The translations under genes were made by a program, and so were the position numbers. The notes under the pieces are model-generated. The model saw only the letters and a program-made list of their open reading frames with translations, made no database searches and was not told the origin of the DNA. Source: the human T2T-CHM13v2.0 reference genome, Homo sapiens. Taken from it: a stretch of DNA of 64,000 nucleotides. The stretch lies in assembly GCF_009914755.1 (NCBI RefSeq), contig NC_060925.1; one strand, 5' to 3'. Below are positions 60,400-64,000 of the stretch, piece by piece. Within the stretch, counting starts at the first letter, position 1. Every line of letters begins with the position of its first letter.

Positions 60400-62149
60400 G
60401 AATTCAAAGGAATCATCATCAAATGGAACCGAATGGAATCCTCATTGAATGGAAATGAAAGGGGTCATCATCTAACGGAATCGCATGGAATCATCATCAA
60501 ATGGAATCTAATGGAATCATTGAACAGAATTGAATGGAATCGTCATCGAATGAATTGAATGCAATCATCGAATGGTCTCGAATGGAATCATCTTCTAATG
60601 GAAAGGAATGGAATCATCGCATAGAATCGAATGGAATTATCATCGAATGGAATCGAATGGTATCAACACCAAACGGAAAAAAACGGAATTATCGAATGGA
60701 ATCGAAGAGAATCTTCGAACGGACCCGAATGGAATCATCTAATGGAATGGAATGGAATAATCCATGGACTCGAATGCAATCATCATCGAATGGAATGGAA
60801 TGGAATCATCGAATGGACTCGAATGGAATAATCATTGAACGGAATCGAATGGAATCATCATCGGATGGAAACGAATGGAATCATCATCGAATGGAAATGA
60901 AAGGAGTCATCATCTAATGGAATTGCATGGAATCATCATAAAATGGAATCGAATGGAATCAACATCAAATGGAATCAAATGGAATCATTGAACGGAATTG
61001 AATGGAATCGTCATCGAATGAATTGACTGCAATCATCGAATGGTCTCGAATGGAATCATCTTCAAATGGAATGGAATGGAATCATCGCATAGAATCGAAT
61101 GGAATTATCATCGAATGGAATCGAATGGAATCAACATCAAACGGAAAAAAACGGAATTATCGAATGGAATCGAAGAGAATCATCGAATGGACCCGAATGG
61201 AATCATCTAATGGAATGGAATGGAATAATCCATGGACTCGAATGCAATCATCATCGAATGGAATCGAATGGAATCATCGAATGGACTCGAATGGAATAAT
61301 CATTGAACGGAATCGAATGGAATCATCATCGGATGGAAATGAATGGAATCATCATCGAATGGAATCGAATAGAATTATGGAATGAAATCCAGTGTGATCA
61401 TCATCGAATGGACCCGAATGGAATCATCATCCAACGGAAGCTAATGGAATCAACATCGAATGAATCGAATGGAAACACCATCGAATTGAAACGAATGGAA
61501 TTATCATGAAATTGAAATGGATGGACTCATCATCGAATGGATTCGAATGGAATCATCGAATAAAATTGATTGAAATCATCATCGAATGGAATCGAATGGT
61601 ATCATTGAATGGAATCGAATGGAATCATCATCAGATGGAAATGAATGGAATCGTCATAGAATGGAATCGAATGGATTCATTGAATGGAATCAGATGGAAT
61701 CATCGAATGGACTGGAATGGAATCATTGAATGGACTCGAAAGGGATCATGATTGAATGGAATTGAATGGAATCATCGAATGGTCTCGATTGGAATCATTA
61801 TCAAATGGAATCGAATGGAATCACCGAATAGAATCGAATGGAACAATCATCGAATGGACTCAAATGGAATTATCCTCAAATGGAATCGAATGGAATTATC
61901 GAATGCAATCGAATGGAATTATCGAATGCAATGGAATAGAATCATCGAAAGGACTCGAATGGAATCATCGAATGGAATGGAATGGAACAGTCAATGAACA
62001 CGAATGGAATCATCATTGAATGGAATCGAATGGAATCATCGAGTGGAATCGAATGGAATTATGATCAAATGGAATCGAATGTAATCATCATCAAATGGAA
62101 TCAAAAATAACCATCATCAATTGGTATTGAATGGAATTGTCATCAAATG
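60400..62149 (+). repeat. 1,750-bp variant unit (26-bp deletion near 60495)
   Basis: Landmark spacing 58784 to 60534 is 1,750. Same monomer is missing as at 28590 and 33180. Confidence 0.88.
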
Positions 62150-63930
62150 GAATTCAAAGGAATCATCATCAAATGGAACCGAATGGAATCCTCATTGAAT
62201 GGAAATGAAAGGGGTCATCATCTAATGGAATCGCATGGAATCATCATCAAATGGAATCGAATGGAATCATCATCAAATGGAATCTAATGGAATCATTGAA
62301 CAGAATTGAATGGAATGGTCATCGAATGAATTGAATGCAATCATCGAATGGTCTCGAATGGAATCATCTTCTAATGGAAAGGAATGGAATCATCGCATAG
62401 AATCGAATGGAATTATCATCGAATGGAATCGAATGGTATCAACACCAAACGGAAAAAAACGGAATTATCGAATGGAATCGAAGAGAATCTTCGAACGGAC
62501 CCGAATGGAATCATCTAATGGAATGGAATGGAATAATCCATGGACTCGAATGCAATCATCATCGAATGGAATGGAATGAAATGGAATCATCGAATGGACT
62601 CGAATGGAATAATCATTGAACGGAATCGAATGGAATCATCATCGGATGGAAACGAATGGAATCATCATCGAATGGAAATGAAAGGAGTCATCATCTAATG
62701 GAATTGCATGGAATCATCATCAAATGGAATCGAATGGAATCAACATCAAATGGAATCAAATGGAATCATTGAACGGAATTGAATGGAATCGTCATCGAAT
62801 GAATTGACTGCAATCATCGAATGGTCTCGAATGGAATCATCTTCAAATGGAATGGAATGGAATCATCGCATAGAATCGAATGGAATTATCATCGAATGGA
62901 ATCGAATGGAATCAACATCAAACGGAAAAAAACGGAATTATCGAATGGAATCGAAGAGAATCATCGAATGGACCCGAATGGAATCATCTAATGGAATGGA
63001 ATGGAATAATCCATGGACTCGAATGCAATCATCATCGAATGGAATCGAATGGAATCATCGAATGGACTCGAATGGAATAATCATTGAACGGAATCGAATG
63101 GAATCATCATCGGATGGAAATGAATGGAATCATCATCGAATGGAATCGAATAGAATTATGGAATGAAATCCAGTGTGATCATCATCGAATGGACCCGAAT
63201 GGAATCATCATCCAACGGAAGCTAATGGAATCAACATCGAATGAATCGAATGGAAACACCATCGAATTGAAACGAATGGAATTATCATGAAATTGAAATG
63301 GATGGACTCATCATCGAATGGATTCGAATGGAATCATCGAATAAAATTGATTGAAATCATCATCCAATGGAATCGAATGGTATCATTGAATGGAATCGAA
63401 TGGAATCATCATCAGATGGAAATGAATGGAATCGTCATAGAATGGAATCGAATGGATTCATTGAATGGAATCAGATGGAATCATCGAATGGACTGGAATG
63501 GAATCATTGAATGGACTCGAAAGGGATCATGATTGAATGGAATTGAATGGAATCATCGAATGGTCTCGATTGGAATCATTATCAAATGGAATCGAATGGA
63601 ATCACCGAATAGAATCGAATGGAACAATCATCGAATGGACTCAAATGGAATTATCCTCCAATGGAATCGAATGGAATTATCGAATGCAATCGAATGGAAT
63701 TATCGAATGCAATCGAATAGAATCATCGAATGGACTCGAATGGAATCATCGAATGGAATGGAATGGAACAGTCAATGAACTCGAATGGAATCATCATTGA
63801 ATGGAATCGAATGGAATCATCGAGTGGAATCGAATGGAATTATGATCAAATGGAATCGAATGTAATCCTCATCAAATGGAATCAAAAATAACCATCATCA
63901 ATTGGTATTGAATGGAATTGTCATCAAATG
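62150..63930 (+). repeat. 1,781-bp variant unit (one extra pentamer near 62575)
   Basis: CGAATGGAATGGAATGAAATGGAATC at ~62563-62588. A-to-B spacing is 473 (62310 to 62783) instead of 468. Confidence 0.88.
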
Positions 63931-64000
63931 CAATTCAAAGGAATCATCATCAAATGGAACCGAATGGAATCCTCATTGAATGGAAATGAAAGGGGTCATC

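Larger units (their letters stand above)
1..64000 (+). repeat. Human Satellite II (HSat2/HSATII) tandem array, 1,776-bp unit, ~38 copies; HSat2A / 1q12 (pUC1.77, D1Z1)-like
   Basis: Continuous (ATC)1-3-GAATGGAATCGAATGGA-type 23/26-bp monomers with very dense TCGA. The landmark ATGGAATCGTCATCGAATGAATTGAATGC recurs at 712, 2488, 4264, 6040 ... 62310, mostly at exactly 1,776 bp. HSat2 identity and the 1.77-kb chr1 unit come from established knowledge; the chromosome cannot be proven from this window. Confidence 0.97.

Noticed and set aside
7-63800. Hundreds of + strand ORFs (61-163 aa; MEWN/NGIIEW/RMESS-rich)
   Set aside because: They are translations of GGAAT/ATC satellite in overlapping frames, repeated with the unit period. 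Stops are gained and lost freely between copies, and there is no domain-like or splice context. Such peptides are known spurious satellite translations.
1-64000. CRISPR-like array or prokaryotic repeat system
   Set aside because: There are no unique spacers between constant repeats and no cas or other genes. The sequence between motifs is itself satellite.
1-64000. HSat3, alpha satellite or telomeric repeat
   Set aside because: Pure GGAAT runs are at most 3-4 copies, and CGAAT/ATC-rich 23/26-mers dominate, which is the HSat2 signature. No 171-bp period, CENP-B box context or TTAGGG was seen.
1-64000. Inversion or strand switch
   Set aside because: No CATTC-rich segment was seen on the + strand. 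Landmark spacing accounts for the whole window in one orientation.

Overview
The whole 64 kb window is one uninterrupted, single-orientation array of classical human Satellite II (HSat2/HSATII), with the GGAAT-rich strand on +. It is built from degenerate GGAAT/CGAAT pentamers and ATC triplets grouped into 23/26-bp monomers, which form a 1,776-bp unit carrying one EcoRI site. This matches the 1.77-kb pUC1.77/D1Z1-type repeat of chr1q12 heterochromatin (HSat2A subfamily; the chromosome assignment is inferred). I see no genes, RNA genes, transposons or CRISPR arrays, and all listed ORFs are satellite translation artefacts. I found no new protein-coding system. The notable content is nested repeat architecture. 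Among 37 intervals between one landmark, 27 are 1,776 bp, five are 1,063 bp, three are 1,750 bp, one is 1,773 bp and one is 1,308 bp, and the final unit is 1,781 bp. These variants form a local 2,839-bp higher-order repeat, a 4,589-bp tandem duplication and SNP-defined dimer/trimer periodicities. There is also a ~7-8% diverged patch, several conversion-like tracts, and rare haplotypes shared across 44-60 kb.
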